From contig JBJBCN010000002.1 in NCBI GenBank assembly GCA_047285805.1, positions 864,001 to 928,000 on the forward strand: 64,000 nt of DNA. The letters run 5' to 3'. The DNA comes from Synechococcus sp. GTDB taxonomy: Bacteria; Cyanobacteriota; Cyanobacteriia; PCC-6307; Cyanobiaceae. Below, in pieces: positions 10,168 through 20,547 of the stretch; within the stretch, counting starts at the first letter, position 1; each line of letters starts with the position of its first letter. The notes below the pieces were generated by a model that worked only from the letters and a program-made list of their open reading frames with translations, was not told where the DNA came from and searched no databases. Both the position numbers and the translations under genes were made by a program.

Positions 10168-10918
10168 ATGGCCGTCCAAGACCAACAGCAGTGGCTCTTG
10201 AGCCGGTATCTCAAGCACCCCAACCCCGAACACCGCAACGCCGTCGTGGCCGCCAACCTGCCCCTGGTCTGGAAGGTGACCCGGCGGGAAAGCGAACGCA
10301 GTCGCCACAGCTTTGAAGACCTGGTGCAAGAGGGCGTCAGGGGTCTGATCAAGGCCATCGAGCGCTTGAATCCCAGCGTGGGCAACGCCTTGAGCACAGC
10401 CGCGGTGCCCTGAATTCGCGGGGCCATGCGCCACTATCTCCAGGACCGCTGCCGCGTCTGCGGTGAAGCCAGCAGCGTGATCGAACTGCTGCAACGGGGA
10501 GCGGCCTTGCAACGCCGCTGAGAACTCCAGGGACTGGAGCTCTTAGATGCCAGGGGTACAGCCAAGGTCCTGGGCTGCTCGCTGCAGCGCTGGCAAGAGG
10601 CCGAGGCCCTGAAGGCCTGTTTACGGATCACAAGCCTGGATCAACCCGGAGCTGGCCAAGACCTATAAACACCGCTGGTGGAGCAGCTCAGCGACCAGCA
10701 GGCGCCCGATTCCTACGACTGGCTAGAGCGCTGTGAACTGCGCCGCCGACTCTGGAGGGGGCTGAAACCTTGAGTGCCCGCCAACGCAGGTGTTGCTGGC
10801 CCGGGTGCTGCAGCAACGCAGCTGGCAGGAGCTCGGGGGCAGGGCAGGACTCAGTGCCCGGGCCGCCGAACGGCACTACCAGCAGGCCTTCGCCAAGGTG
10901 CGCCAGCAGCTCGCCTAG
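10168..10918 (+). pseudogene. Decayed group 3 (SigF/FliA-like) sigma-70 factor
   Basis: 'RNAVVAANLPLVWKV..FEDLVQEG..GLIKAIER..ALSTAAVP*IRGAMRHYLQD'; in-frame stops at 10411, 10519 and 10666; region 4 ('LSARQRR'/'VLLARVLQQRSWQEL...AFAKVRQQLA*') split by frameshifts. Confidence 0.85.
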
Positions 10919-11679
10919 GCCAGTGCAAGGCGGGCGGCGAAGCCCATGGCCAGCAGGGCTGCGATCATGGTCTGAAGCGCATTGACCAGTTCATTGCTCA
11001 ACCAGGGGAGACGGTCCTGGACCGTCGCGCCAATCAAGCTCTCGATCAAGGTCGCCACCAGACCCACCAGGGTGACGAGCAACCAGGTCGCACCGCCCTG
11101 GATCAGGCCCAACTGAAGCATTAGGAACGCCATCAGGGCACTGCCGCCGGCACTCGCAAGCGTCCCCTCAAGGCTGATCGCCCCCTCGGTACCGGGGGCG
11201 ACCGGTTGGAAGCGGGTGATAGACATCGTGCGTCGGCCCCAGCGCTTGCCGATCTCACTGCCGCAGGTGTCGCCCAACTTGGCGGCGAAGCTGGCCGCAA
11301 AGCCAATCTTCAGAAGGATCACCGGCGCCATGGGCCAGACGCTAAGAACAGCCAGGGCCGCACCCGTGGCCGCCGATCCCCAAACGTTCTCAGGACCGCG
11401 CCGGCCGCCGCGCCCCTCCGCCAGGCCCTGCTCCTGCTTGCGCCGGTAGCCCAATCGGGTGACCAAAGACCCCAAGGCCAAATAGAGGGCGACCGCCAGC
11501 CAACCCGGCCAATCCAGGCTGCCCAGCATGATGGTGCCCAAGATCCCGGCATGTACCCAACCTGAGCGGGTAAGCAGGGGCAGGCGCTGGGCAGTGGCGA
11601 TCAGCACCCCGTTAATCAGCAGGGCTGCCAGCCAATGCTGCAAACGCTCTGGGCCAAGCAAGATCTGCAGATCGAGCAT
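10915..11679 (-). CDS. DUF92/TIGR00297 integral membrane protein
   Basis: 'GGRRGPENVWGSA', 'KLGDTCGSEIGK', 'PGTEGAISLEGT', 'ESLIGAT', 'NELVN'. Confidence 0.9.
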   Translation of the reverse strand: MLDLQILLGPERLQHWLAALLINGVLIATAQRLPLLTRSGWVHAGILGTIMLGSLDWPGWLAVALYLALGSLVTRLGYRRKQEQGLAEGRGGRRGPENVWGSAATGAALAVLSVWPMAPVILLKIGFAASFAAKLGDTCGSEIGKRWGRRTMSITRFQPVAPGTEGAISLEGTLASAGGSALMAFLMLQLGLIQGGATWLLVTLVGLVATLIESLIGATVQDRLPWLSNELVNALQTMIAALLAMGFAARLALA

Positions 11680-11806
11680 CCCTGGGATCAGCCACTGCCT
11701 CCAGAAGAACACAACTGCTGGTACTTCTGTTGCACTGCTCTACGGGCGCTGTTCAGATGCACCGCCAACAACGGATAATCCTGCAAAGGTTCAATTAACC
11801 GGCGCC

Positions 11807-12178
11807 ATGGTGTTCAACCGCAAGGGCAGCTTCTTCCTCGAACTCGATGAGAAGGCGGCTGAGACGTCGGTGACTGTGGCACCCGTCGCAGAGAAGCGAG
11901 CCAAAGCCAAGGCTGTGAAGGCCAGCAAAACTGAAGCAGTGGCTCCGGCCGCCAAGACCGAAGCCACTGAAGCTCCGAGCGGTGCCGTTCAAACCACCGC
12001 TGAAGCGATCGCCGCTGAACTGGCCGCCGAGCAGGCCGCCCGTCCTGTCCAAACCGACTCCACGTTTGCCCCCGAGTGCGTGACAGCTGGGGGGGCTCTG
12101 CCCATGCGCCGCCGTCGCGCAGGAGCCAACATTGCTGGCTTCCGCGACATGGCCAGTGGCATGTTCGGCAAAAAGTGA
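11807..12178 (+). CDS. Conserved hypothetical Ala/Lys-rich cyanobacterial protein
   Basis: 'FFLELDE' N-terminus, 'TFAPE' and 'RRRAGAN...FRDMA' C-terminus. Confidence 0.65.
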   Translation: MVFNRKGSFFLELDEKAAETSVTVAPVAEKRAKAKAVKASKTEAVAPAAKTEATEAPSGAVQTTAEAIAAELAAEQAARPVQTDSTFAPECVTAGGALPMRRRRAGANIAGFRDMASGMFGKK

Positions 12179-12189
12179 TCTAACGGTCG

Positions 12190-12936
12190 CTAGATCCCGC
12201 AGCGCTCCGCCCGGGCGCTCGCCAGACCACACAAACCACTTATGCAGGCCGTTGAGCTACGCAGGATGCGAGGTCCCAGATCCACTGGCTTCCATCCCGC
12301 CGCCTCAGCGGCTTCTTCTTCGTTTGGGGACCAGCCCCCCTCCGGACCACAGGCAAGCCAGAGGCTGGGGAGACTCGTGAGCGGCAGCCCCGCAAGAACC
12401 GGCCCCAACAGAGGGAGATTGTTCTGCCGGGTGGTCGTCCAGAGCCCTGGGACCCCGGGATCCTTAAGGGCCAGGAGCTGCCTGAGTTCCATCGGCTCCT
12501 CGATGACCGGGGACCAGAGACGCTCGCACTGCTCGGCCGCCTCAGCGGCAATGCTGCGCCAGCGCTCAGCACGCAGGTTCCCTTGAACCGCGGTTCGCTC
12601 GCAGAGCAGCGGGATGAAGCGATCCACCCCAAGCTCCACAGCCATCCGGACCACCAGCTCAAAGTCTCGCTTGACCACCGCCGCAGCCAGGACCAATGAG
12701 GGGGCCGGCGGCTCATGCTGCTCCAACGGCGACGTCAGGCCCTGCTCCAGCTGAGCACAACCGTTCTCCTGAAGCACGGCTGTCCAAAGGGACCCCTGTC
12801 CGTTGATCACCGCAAAGCGATCCCCTGGCCCAAAGCGCAGCACCCGAGTGAGATAGCGCTCCTCCTCACGGGTCAACGCGACCTGCGGAGCAAAACGCTC
12901 CGATGCGATCAGCAGCCGGCGCAGCTCCCGGGCCAT
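12190..12936 (-). CDS. rsmE: 16S rRNA (uracil1498-N3)-methyltransferase
   Basis: 'YLTRVLR', 'ELGVD', 'EAAEQCER', 'GPEGG', 'LGPRILR'. Confidence 0.92.
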   Translation of the reverse strand: MARELRRLLIASERFAPQVALTREEERYLTRVLRFGPGDRFAVINGQGSLWTAVLQENGCAQLEQGLTSPLEQHEPPAPSLVLAAAVVKRDFELVVRMAVELGVDRFIPLLCERTAVQGNLRAERWRSIAAEAAEQCERLWSPVIEEPMELRQLLALKDPGVPGLWTTTRQNNLPLLGPVLAGLPLTSLPSLWLACGPEGGWSPNEEEAAEAAGWKPVDLGPRILRSSTACISGLCGLASARAERCGI

Positions 12937-12941
12937 CGGCG

Positions 12942-13400
12942 CTACGCGTCAGGAGCACCGACGGGGAAGAGGCTCTCGGGATGCTCTTCCACCGGCCACT
13001 CCTGATTGGCCCCACCAATGAGCAGTTCCTCGATCTGGACAACATCTGAATCGATCTGGCGCAGGGTATTGATCAGGACGTCGATCGCGAAGCCGTCGCT
13101 TGTGCCCAGGTCCATCCAGCAGCGAGCCCAGTCGCCCTGGTATTCGATTTCGCCCATGTTGTGCATCAGAGCAGGCATGGCGCGCTCGGCCGTCTCGGCG
13201 TCGTAGCCCATCCAGCTGACTTCGGCGCCCTCCTCGTGGACCTGGAGGTTCTCGGCATTGAAACCGCCTAACTTGCCCAAAAAGAACCAGCTGTCCAGGG
13301 TGGTTTCGATGTACCCCCTCTCCCCCTGGCCGGGGGGATTGCTGAAGCGCAACCAAATCCAGCAATTGAAGGGGTCAAATTCTCGGAAACGAATCTCCAT
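12942..13400 (-). CDS. DUF3531-family protein
   Basis: 'MEIRFREFDPFNCWIW', 'SWFFLGKLGGFNAENLQ', 'WARCW.DLGTSD'. Confidence 0.8.
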   Translation of the reverse strand: MEIRFREFDPFNCWIWLRFSNPPGQGERGYIETTLDSWFFLGKLGGFNAENLQVHEEGAEVSWMGYDAETAERAMPALMHNMGEIEYQGDWARCWMDLGTSDGFAIDVLINTLRQIDSDVVQIEELLIGGANQEWPVEEHPESLFPVGAPDA

Positions 13401-13468
13401 CTCAGCGACCGCAGCAGGGCTTGCTCCCATCAAACATGCTGGGGGCACCTCAAGGCCATGGGCCAGCG

Positions 13469-14113
13469 ATGCTTGAGCTCGAAGCGCTCCGCTACCACGC
13501 GGCAACGGCACCCGAGCCCGTCCTGCGGGGGGCCAGCCTGCGGATCGAGCCAGGGCAGATAGCGCTGGTTGCGGGGCGCAGCGGCTCCGGCAAGTCGACC
13601 CTTCTGGAGCTAATCTGCGGGCTGGCGGACCCCAGCCAAGGGGTGATCAGTTGGCATGGCAAAGCGATCAACGCCCGCCAGCGCCGCTGCCTTTGCGGTC
13701 TGGTCTTTCAGTTCCCCGAACGGCACTTCCTGGGGCTGACCATCGGCCAAGAACTGCGCCTGGGCCAGCGGCGCCTGCCGAGTGAAAAAGCAGAGGCCGT
13801 CCTGCATCAGGTTGGCCTCAGTGGCCTCTCCTTCCAGCAGCCACCCGAGGAGCTGAGCGGCGGCCAACAACGGCGCCTGGCAATGGCCGTACAACTGCTG
13901 AGGGACCCCAAGGTGCTGCTAATGGATGAACCCACCGCCGGGCTGGATTGGTCGGTGCGCTCAGAAATCATCGAGCTCATAGGGCAACTCAGCCGCGATC
14001 GCATCGTGCTGATCGTCACCCACGAACCCGAACTGTTCGAGCCCCTGACCACGCCAAACCAGCGCTGGACCCTACGCGACGGGCAACTCCAGCCCGCACT
14101 CAACCCCTGCTGA
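13469..14113 (+). CDS. ABC transporter ATP-binding protein (ECF/CbiO-like)
   Basis: 'GRSGSGKST', 'VFQFPERHF', 'LSGGQQRR', 'DEPTAGLD'. Confidence 0.88.
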   Translation: MLELEALRYHAATAPEPVLRGASLRIEPGQIALVAGRSGSGKSTLLELICGLADPSQGVISWHGKAINARQRRCLCGLVFQFPERHFLGLTIGQELRLGQRRLPSEKAEAVLHQVGLSGLSFQQPPEELSGGQQRRLAMAVQLLRDPKVLLMDEPTAGLDWSVRSEIIELIGQLSRDRIVLIVTHEPELFEPLTTPNQRWTLRDGQLQPALNPC

Positions 14114-14150
14114 AGCGGCTTCATACAGTGCCCCGAGCAATGGCCTCGGT

Positions 14151-15068
14151 ATGGCAGATCAGTTGGTGCGCGCAACAGCGGCGGGTGGAGGTATCCGCCT
14201 GGTGGCTGTCAGCACCAGCACGACGGTTCGCTACGCCCGCCGCCGCCACAACCTCTCTTTCCTGACCACCGCGCTGCTGGGCCGGGCTATGACGGCGGGA
14301 CTACTGCTGGCCAGTTCCATGAAGATCAGTCATGGACGTGTGAACCTGCGGATCTCCTCCGATGGCCCCCTAAAGGGCTTGATGGTTGATGCCGGACGGG
14401 ATGGGACCGTCCGCGGCTATGTCGGGGCTCCGGACCTGGAACTCGATCTGGTGGACAGCGCCGATGGGACCCATCAGTTCGACTTCAAGCAGGCCACCGG
14501 CACCGGCTATATCCACGTCGTTCGGGACCTCGGGGAAGGGGAACCCTTCAGCTCGACCGTCGAACTTGTCAGCGGCGGCATCGGTGATGACGTCGCCTCT
14601 TACCTGCTGCACTCCGAGCAAACCCCATCGGCGGTCTTTGTGGGGGAGCGCATCGACAGCACGGGTGTGAGGCACGCCGGTGGCGTGCTGGTGCAGGTGC
14701 TTCCCAAGGCCGCCCGCGAACCAGCCCTGGTGGCGCTGCTGGAGGAACGCTGCCGCGAAATCGAGCACTTCAGTGACTGCCTCGCCGCCTGCGAAGGCAA
14801 CCTCGAAGCCCTGCTCCAGGACATCTTCCCTGACCTTGATCCCAAACTACTCGAGGACGCCGAGGCCAGCCAAGACATCAACTTCCACTGCCCCTGCAGC
14901 CGCAAGCGCAGCGTGAATGCCCTCAAACTCCTGGGCCGAGAAGAGCTTTCGCAGATGCTCAGCGAAGACGGAAATGCGGAACTCACCTGCCATTTCTGCA
15001 ACGAGGTCTATGACATCCAGGCCACAGAGCTGCAGGAGCTTATCGACGAGCTGTCCACAGCCACCTAG
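14151..15068 (+). CDS. hslO: Hsp33 redox-regulated chaperone
   Basis: 'ALLGRAMTA', 'DGPLKG', 'YL..SEQTPS', zinc motif 'CPCS...CHFC'. Confidence 0.95.
   Translation: MADQLVRATAAGGGIRLVAVSTSTTVRYARRRHNLSFLTTALLGRAMTAGLLLASSMKISHGRVNLRISSDGPLKGLMVDAGRDGTVRGYVGAPDLELDLVDSADGTHQFDFKQATGTGYIHVVRDLGEGEPFSSTVELVSGGIGDDVASYLLHSEQTPSAVFVGERIDSTGVRHAGGVLVQVLPKAAREPALVALLEERCREIEHFSDCLAACEGNLEALLQDIFPDLDPKLLEDAEASQDINFHCPCSRKRSVNALKLLGREELSQMLSEDGNAELTCHFCNEVYDIQATELQELIDELSTAT
14977..15068 (+). repeat. Direct repeat copy 1 (attL-like; 3' end of hslO)
   Basis: 92 bp matching 25101-25194 with 8 substitutions and a 2-bp indel by manual alignment. Confidence 0.9.
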
Positions 15069-15151
15069 AGGGTTCTGAAGGATTGCGTACTAGCGATCCA
15101 GAATCGAAAAGAACGACAAGACTGGCAGATTAATCCACAACTAGGCCACTG

Positions 15152-16386
15152 GTGGGCTTTCAAAAGCTGGTTACATAAGCCAAAACCCGCCTCCGTGGCA
15201 GGCGCTGCAAGTGCCGGATTGGGCTCAGAAAAAAAGCGCTCATACTCAGAGCCACACTCCCCTCTGAGGACGGCAGTCAAGCCAAGCAGCAAAGAGTAGC
15301 TATCGGCCTAGCAGCGACGGCAATAGTACTAACCCACGCTGAAATTCAAGCACTAAGGCTTGATAGCGATATCAGGAGCAGCTTTTACTGCTGGAGCGGC
15401 TGGAGCAGAGAAGAATCCAAGCCACGACAACGAACGACAGATACCGAGGAGGAGTTTCTCCAGGCAGCTCACAAACTCCACGCACGGAAGGTGCGGCAGA
15501 AAGAGAAGAGGGATCTCAAAGCCGTTGTAAGACGGCAAAGAGAGCTGGCGAAAACGATGGAGCCCTGCACTGAACAAGCTTCAAGGAGAAAGGCTCACTG
15601 AAGGGTCGCTGCTGAAAACCATTCGATACCTTGGCGAGGGGAGCTCAGTGCGGAGGGAGACAGCTCTTGTTCTCGGGATGGTTGCTGGGGAGATCGGATG
15701 GGATCAGCGATCACTGAGAGAAGCAGGCTCCGACTAAGGGCGACAAATGCTCAGGAAGCGAGACATACCCTCTAACAGATCAATTGAGAAGGCCTTCGAC
15801 AAGTTGATGGAGTCGTCGCCTCACTGGGCACGCATTTGGGGCTTGGTCGAAATGTATGGAGCCAGGCCGAGCGCGCTGGGAACAGCAACACTTCGAGGGA
15901 ATTTCGTTCTGATCATTTCGGAGAGCAAGACGAATCGGCCACTAGCAGAAACCCCTATAAAAAGAGAGTGTAGATCGGTTCCAGTTGCACGAGCTGCCAG
16001 AGCCACCGGGGAAGAAGGATCGCTACTCGATCAGCACCAACTGCAATGCCGCTAGGCGAAGGTGCGGAATCGAGATCCCGCTATTCTCCCTTCGACTAGC
16101 AACAGCAATCTGGCTACTTGGAGCAGGTGTAGCCGCAGAACTCGCAGCCAAGCTGCTGGGACACAGCGGGGCAATTTTCAACGAGACCTGCACCGCTTGG
16201 ACTTCAGATGAGACGATTGTTGGGCTGATGGCGAACTACAAGCTCTTAGACCGGTTATTACCCCTCCGGGGGGTGTTCGCCTGGGGCTTTACGAGAACAG
16301 GCACTCAAGAATCCGGAGTGAAAACCTGTGACTCGCTCGCTGAGGCAAAAACCGCCCTGCCGGCCGGGTTGATGGCTTTGGTATGA
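15152..16386 (+). pseudogene. Tyrosine recombinase/integrase pseudogene
   Basis: N-terminal 'LILRATLP...QQRVAIGL...FYCWSGW'; core 'MYGARPS', 'SKT', 'FSLRLATAIW' (HxxR degraded), 'AAKLLGHS', 'NETCTAW' (catalytic Y replaced by C); stops at 15176 and 15735 and two frameshifts; 3' end approximate. Confidence 0.85.
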
Positions 16387-16781
16387 AGTGATCGACCGAT
16401 TAGATGAGATGCCGAAGCAGTAGCGAACAGCACCGTGGGCGCCAAAGGCATTAAGAAGCGAGTAGCTGATGCAATTGACTAAGGAACCAGTGGAGTTGAT
16501 AGTGCCCTTAAGACAATTTGTGCCTTCTCAGAAGACGCGCGCCTAACCCAAAGCCTTCGTGATAGCCGGAAACCACCTGTCTAACCGCAACCCGATCAGA
16601 ACTGATCCCAACCTCATTGACACGCCGAAGCATGACTAAGCGGGGATGGAGGCACTCGAAGCCAGGTGCCCCTCCCAAAAAAGGAGGCCAGTCAATCCAG
16701 GGTTAGATGTCGCAGTCGCTACTCAATGGAACAGCGACCCTGCCAACGGCGATAGAGCCAGAAACAGTACAGACGGAAGCA

Positions 16782-17642
16782 TCATTCAATGACAGTGAAT
16801 TGGATATCAAACGGACCGGAATCAAAGGCTATGCAGCCAGCAGCATTAGTACATCCTTCATCTCCATTATTTTGGTAATACATAGTGGTCCCGTTGTTTG
16901 TTACCGTAAAGTTGGCCTTGCACTCAGTAGTAGATTCGGTGATCTCTATCGGCGCGTTGAGCTGGACTGTTCCCAACAGATAGGTCGCACCTGTGCACGT
17001 TGTTGACGATGAGTCATCAGCGATAAGGCCTAGAGAAGAGTCGAGGATATATCCAGTCATGGTACCGCTTGAGCTGCTTACGGAGCTGGTTGTTTTGCAG
17101 GTCTTTGGGGATGTATCAAGACCAAATGTATTCAGAGGAGCCTCAAATGTTTGAGCGGGTCCGGAGGTGGCAGATGTCTGATAGGTGCTTGTTGAGTACC
17201 AAGTATTGCCGTTACCCAGAGGTCCATATTCCGCCTGAATTTCGAAAGTCTTCTCAAATAGAAGCACAGCGTGTGTATAAGTTCCATTATCTGGGCGCTC
17301 ACCTTTGGAAAGCTCTACTGCTCCACCAGCAGCAAAAGAAACAGTCTCACTTCCATCAAACGTAAGTGAGCATTTTGTAAAATCTGGGGCTGAGCCAGCG
17401 GCGGCTGGAGCAGGGTCTGCCTTGCAGAGGCCCATCTTCATAACAGTAATTCCATATACTTCTGGTGTCCCAGCACAGCTGCCGACACCAGTCCCCCAAT
17501 TATTTTCAGCAGCGTAACCAGAGGCAGCCGGACAAGGAGTCATTGTTTGCGCCTTCGTCTTATCAAAAGTGGGAGTAAGAATGAGGAATCCGGCAAGACC
17601 TGCAATACCAGTCTTAAGAAGGTTGCTCTTGGTCATGATCAT
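16782..17642 (-). CDS. Secreted Cys/Thr/Gly-rich, probably beta-rich hypothetical protein (286 aa)
   Basis: N-terminal signal peptide, about 9 Cys, C-terminal 'DSGPFDIQFTVIE'; lies 39 bp downstream of the barrel gene. Confidence 0.75.
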   Translation of the reverse strand: MIMTKSNLLKTGIAGLAGFLILTPTFDKTKAQTMTPCPAASGYAAENNWGTGVGSCAGTPEVYGITVMKMGLCKADPAPAAAGSAPDFTKCSLTFDGSETVSFAAGGAVELSKGERPDNGTYTHAVLLFEKTFEIQAEYGPLGNGNTWYSTSTYQTSATSGPAQTFEAPLNTFGLDTSPKTCKTTSSVSSSSGTMTGYILDSSLGLIADDSSSTTCTGATYLLGTVQLNAPIEITESTTECKANFTVTNNGTTMYYQNNGDEGCTNAAGCIAFDSGPFDIQFTVIE

Positions 17643-17681
17643 GGGCTTTAAGTGGATTTAGGTTGAGAAGTAACGTTGGAT

Positions 17682-18992
17682 CTAGGATCCACCAACTGAG
17701 TTAGTGAAATCACCTGATACCTTCTTGACTCGTTCAAGAAGTACCTCGTAACGACGACGAACCGGCTGGGTCATCTGTGCAATCAGGTTTTGCTTGGTGT
17801 TGTTCTTCGCATAGACCACAGGGCGGCCGGTTAGGCGAACGCGAATGCCGAAGTATGGACCAGGTTGGTTATCGATGTCGTTGTCTGAATCAACCGGATA
17901 GGCGGGTATTTCATTCGACGCCCACACCTCAAGGTTTGCGTGGGGGGTGGCCTGCCAATTTACCGAGCCCTCAAGACCGCTGTTGTCGCTGTGATGGCCG
18001 GTGTAATCCCAGTTGAAGCCCCGTACGTACATCGCCAGCTGCGGATAGAAGGGAAGTCGATAGCCCAGCTCTACGTCCCAGCCTGGGACAACCCCCTCCT
18101 GGTATTCGATGTCATTAATGACAACGTCTTTCCGTCCTGAGCCATTTATATACCAGTTATTGCGAAGCTCGAAGCTTTTCCAAAAACCCTCTGCACCAAC
18201 CCCCCAACGGGTATACGCCACAGGCTGTCCAGCTGTTGTCGAGTAGTTGGTGGTTGCCAGATCCCAGAAACCGTTTACCCCCACCATCGCTTCTTCCCCT
18301 AGGCGGTAGCGGCTACCGAGGCCCACGTTGACCTGAGGCTGAGCCGAGGTCTCAAGGGTTACCCGGGCTTGGCCAAACATCAGGCCCATCGGATCGCCGT
18401 CGTTGTCATAGCCCAGCGTCTTGAGGCGCATAAAGCTATCGAAGTAGCCCGTAAGATCGCTGCTTGATGCAGCGTTGAGACCAAGCGAGGTCTGCGCGAA
18501 GAAGGGGATCTTTTTGATCTGCTTGTTGGCGTAGTTCACGCCGCTGCTGATCAGGGTGCGGGTAACTTCGGAGTGGACCACTCCGCCAAGATCAACGCCA
18601 TTGCCATTGACCATCGCCGGCCCGTACTGAGCGGCGTAGCCGGCACCCTTTTGAACAATCCGCTCAAACAGATTGCGGGGTTGACGAACTTCTGCAGGCC
18701 CTAGACAAGCTCGAGAGCGGGGGTCGACGAAGACGTCGCACTTCCAGGGTTGGTACGCCAGCGGCTTTCCGAGGGTGATCGTCTTGCCTTCTATAGGCAA
18801 CTGGTCCTCGCTGATCGGAGGCTTTCCTTGCTCTGTCGATGACGTCTCGTTCAGTCCGAGTTCTGTGGCGGTCAGACCGTCCAGCTGTTTCTCGGCTTCT
18901 TCGGCTACAGCTGCAGTGCTTGCCGTCAGGATTAAGGGAGCAGCAATTAGCGCTCGACCTGACCGTATTAGGCCCTGAGACAGACGCAGCAT
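17682..18992 (-). CDS. Inverse autotransporter (invasin/intimin-type) beta-barrel protein without passenger
   Basis: Signal peptide; 'NVGLGSRYRL', 'VGVNGFWD', 'RWGVGAE', 'ELRNNWY', 'GWDVELGYRLP', end motif 'MTQPVRRRYEVLLE' followed by only ~15 residues. Confidence 0.8.
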   Translation of the reverse strand: MLRLSQGLIRSGRALIAAPLILTASTAAVAEEAEKQLDGLTATELGLNETSSTEQGKPPISEDQLPIEGKTITLGKPLAYQPWKCDVFVDPRSRACLGPAEVRQPRNLFERIVQKGAGYAAQYGPAMVNGNGVDLGGVVHSEVTRTLISSGVNYANKQIKKIPFFAQTSLGLNAASSSDLTGYFDSFMRLKTLGYDNDGDPMGLMFGQARVTLETSAQPQVNVGLGSRYRLGEEAMVGVNGFWDLATTNYSTTAGQPVAYTRWGVGAEGFWKSFELRNNWYINGSGRKDVVINDIEYQEGVVPGWDVELGYRLPFYPQLAMYVRGFNWDYTGHHSDNSGLEGSVNWQATPHANLEVWASNEIPAYPVDSDNDIDNQPGPYFGIRVRLTGRPVVYAKNNTKQNLIAQMTQPVRRRYEVLLERVKKVSGDFTNSVGGS

Positions 18993-19115
18993 TCCAGGGA
19001 ACTCAAAAAGAATTCGCCTAAAAAAGCACAAACCCCAAAGCGAAGCCCACCCGCACGTGCAATTTGACAATCGAACAATCGAGCTTAATAAATGACCATT
19101 AAGCTGGGTTACGAG

Positions 19116-19403
19116 TCATTGCTTTTTGCATAGTTGACGAACAGTGCTCGTCACCAATAGTTGATCATCTTTAGTCGCTCCCTGTGGGAAGTGCATCTTC
19201 CAGGCCTCGGCGACCAGGGCTTCGCTCGCTCCCTCCAGGCGCAATGCACAGATAAGGGCGCCGGTTTCAAGATGCTTGATCTCTCTCTTGAGACTACGGA
19301 CCTCAAAATTGCCCAAAGGGGTGCCGTGCGCTAAGGGCGGCAAAAGCCAGAACTGACTGAGGAAAAGCAAAACTGTGGTGGGTCCGGTGAACTTCGTTCC
19401 CAT
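19116..19403 (-). CDS. Hypothetical exported protein (95 aa)
   Basis: ATG ORF with signal-peptide-like N-terminus, co-oriented with its neighbours. Confidence 0.5.
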   Translation of the reverse strand: MGTKFTGPTTVLLFLSQFWLLPPLAHGTPLGNFEVRSLKREIKHLETGALICALRLEGASEALVAEAWKMHFPQGATKDDQLLVTSTVRQLCKKQ

Positions 19404-19602
19404 AGGGAGTGCGCTCTGTCCTAAGCTGTCTAAGACCCAGTCGACTCTGCCTGCAAGATTTGAGCTTTTGGAGGCCAGCCATTACCCCTCCGGTGCTGTG
19501 TTCCCCTCGGGTATTACAAGAAGAGGGGCTCAAAGATCCAGGGCAAAATCTTGAATGGTTGATGGGCCAACTGGTGGCCTACAGCTTGGCTAGTTGGAGG
19601 AA

Positions 19603-20007
19603 TTAGCTTTTGTAGCATGCTGAGTACTGAATTAGTAAAGGCTTTGCTGGTTCGGTCCAAGATCCATCCCTGAACTCAGATTGCTGCAGGGTGGCGCTAG
19701 AGGGATCTGCTTTATTGAAGACATAGAACCACCTGTATGTCGGACTTGAGTTCGTGTATACGACTATTGATTCGGCGGAGTCTTTAAAGGGGAGTGTCTT
19801 TTCTAGGCCCCATTTATTGTTCGCAAGGTCATACTCTTGGTAAGAAGCGAATGGAATCTCTGGATCAACAATAATTCGCTCTTTAAGTATGAAGTCTCTT
19901 TCGTTTTCACGTTTGACCTCAAGCTCGCACGTCACGTCAAGAATCCGACTTGGAGAGCAGCCCAAAAGGGCAGCTCCAATCAGTGTCAGGAGTAAAAAGC
20001 ACTTCAT
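19603..20007 (-). CDS. Putative lipoprotein
   Basis: MKCFLLLTLIGAALLG-C lipobox-like signal. Confidence 0.6.
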   Translation of the reverse strand: MKCFLLLTLIGAALLGCSPSRILDVTCELEVKRENERDFILKERIIVDPEIPFASYQEYDLANNKWGLEKTLPFKDSAESIVVYTNSSPTYRWFYVFNKADPSSATLQQSEFRDGSWTEPAKPLLIQYSACYKS

Positions 20008-20208
20008 CAATCGACGATCATCAATCGACCTTTCCCGAGCTTGACGCAGTCTTATGCGAAAAGACAAGGGCTGGAAGCAATCGCGGCAGCCATCGCACTC
20101 AATTGATCACTGGCAGAGCAGCGATCAGAAGAAATCCAAGTAAGAATCTAAGGCCAGCTTCCAGTCTCCATTTGCATGACTCCGTCGGTCGTCGGGCTCG
20201 CTTGATAG

Positions 20209-20547
20209 ATGCTCCTGGCAGCCCTAGCTAGCGTCATGGTTGCCTCCTGCTACGACGGGGATACCTGCAGCACCCTCAACGGGGAACGGATCAGACTGGC
20301 CTGCATTGATGCCCCTGAGCTGCAAGGGCGGAGAGCCAACCCAGTACCCGCCAAAGCCTCAAGGGACTACCTGCGATGGCTGGTGATCGGCAGGACCGTC
20401 AACCTGCGCCGGATAACGACCGATCGATATGGGCGCACTGTTGGTGAGCTCTTCATGGGTGGAGTCAACGTGCAGCAGCAGATGGTGAGGAGTGGTTACG
20501 CAGCGATTTACTGGAAGTACGCAGACCAGTGCTCTTGGACCAGGTAG
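20209..20547 (+). CDS. Thermonuclease (SNase-like) family protein
   Basis: 'YDGDT', 'IRLACIDAPE', 'DRYGRTVGE'. Confidence 0.9.
   Translation: MLLAALASVMVASCYDGDTCSTLNGERIRLACIDAPELQGRRANPVPAKASRDYLRWLVIGRTVNLRRITTDRYGRTVGELFMGGVNVQQQMVRSGYAAIYWKYADQCSWTR

Noticed and set aside
10411..10413. Selenocysteine or readthrough TGA in the sigma factor gene
   Set aside because: Further TGA and TAA stops plus frameshifts indicate decay rather than recoding.
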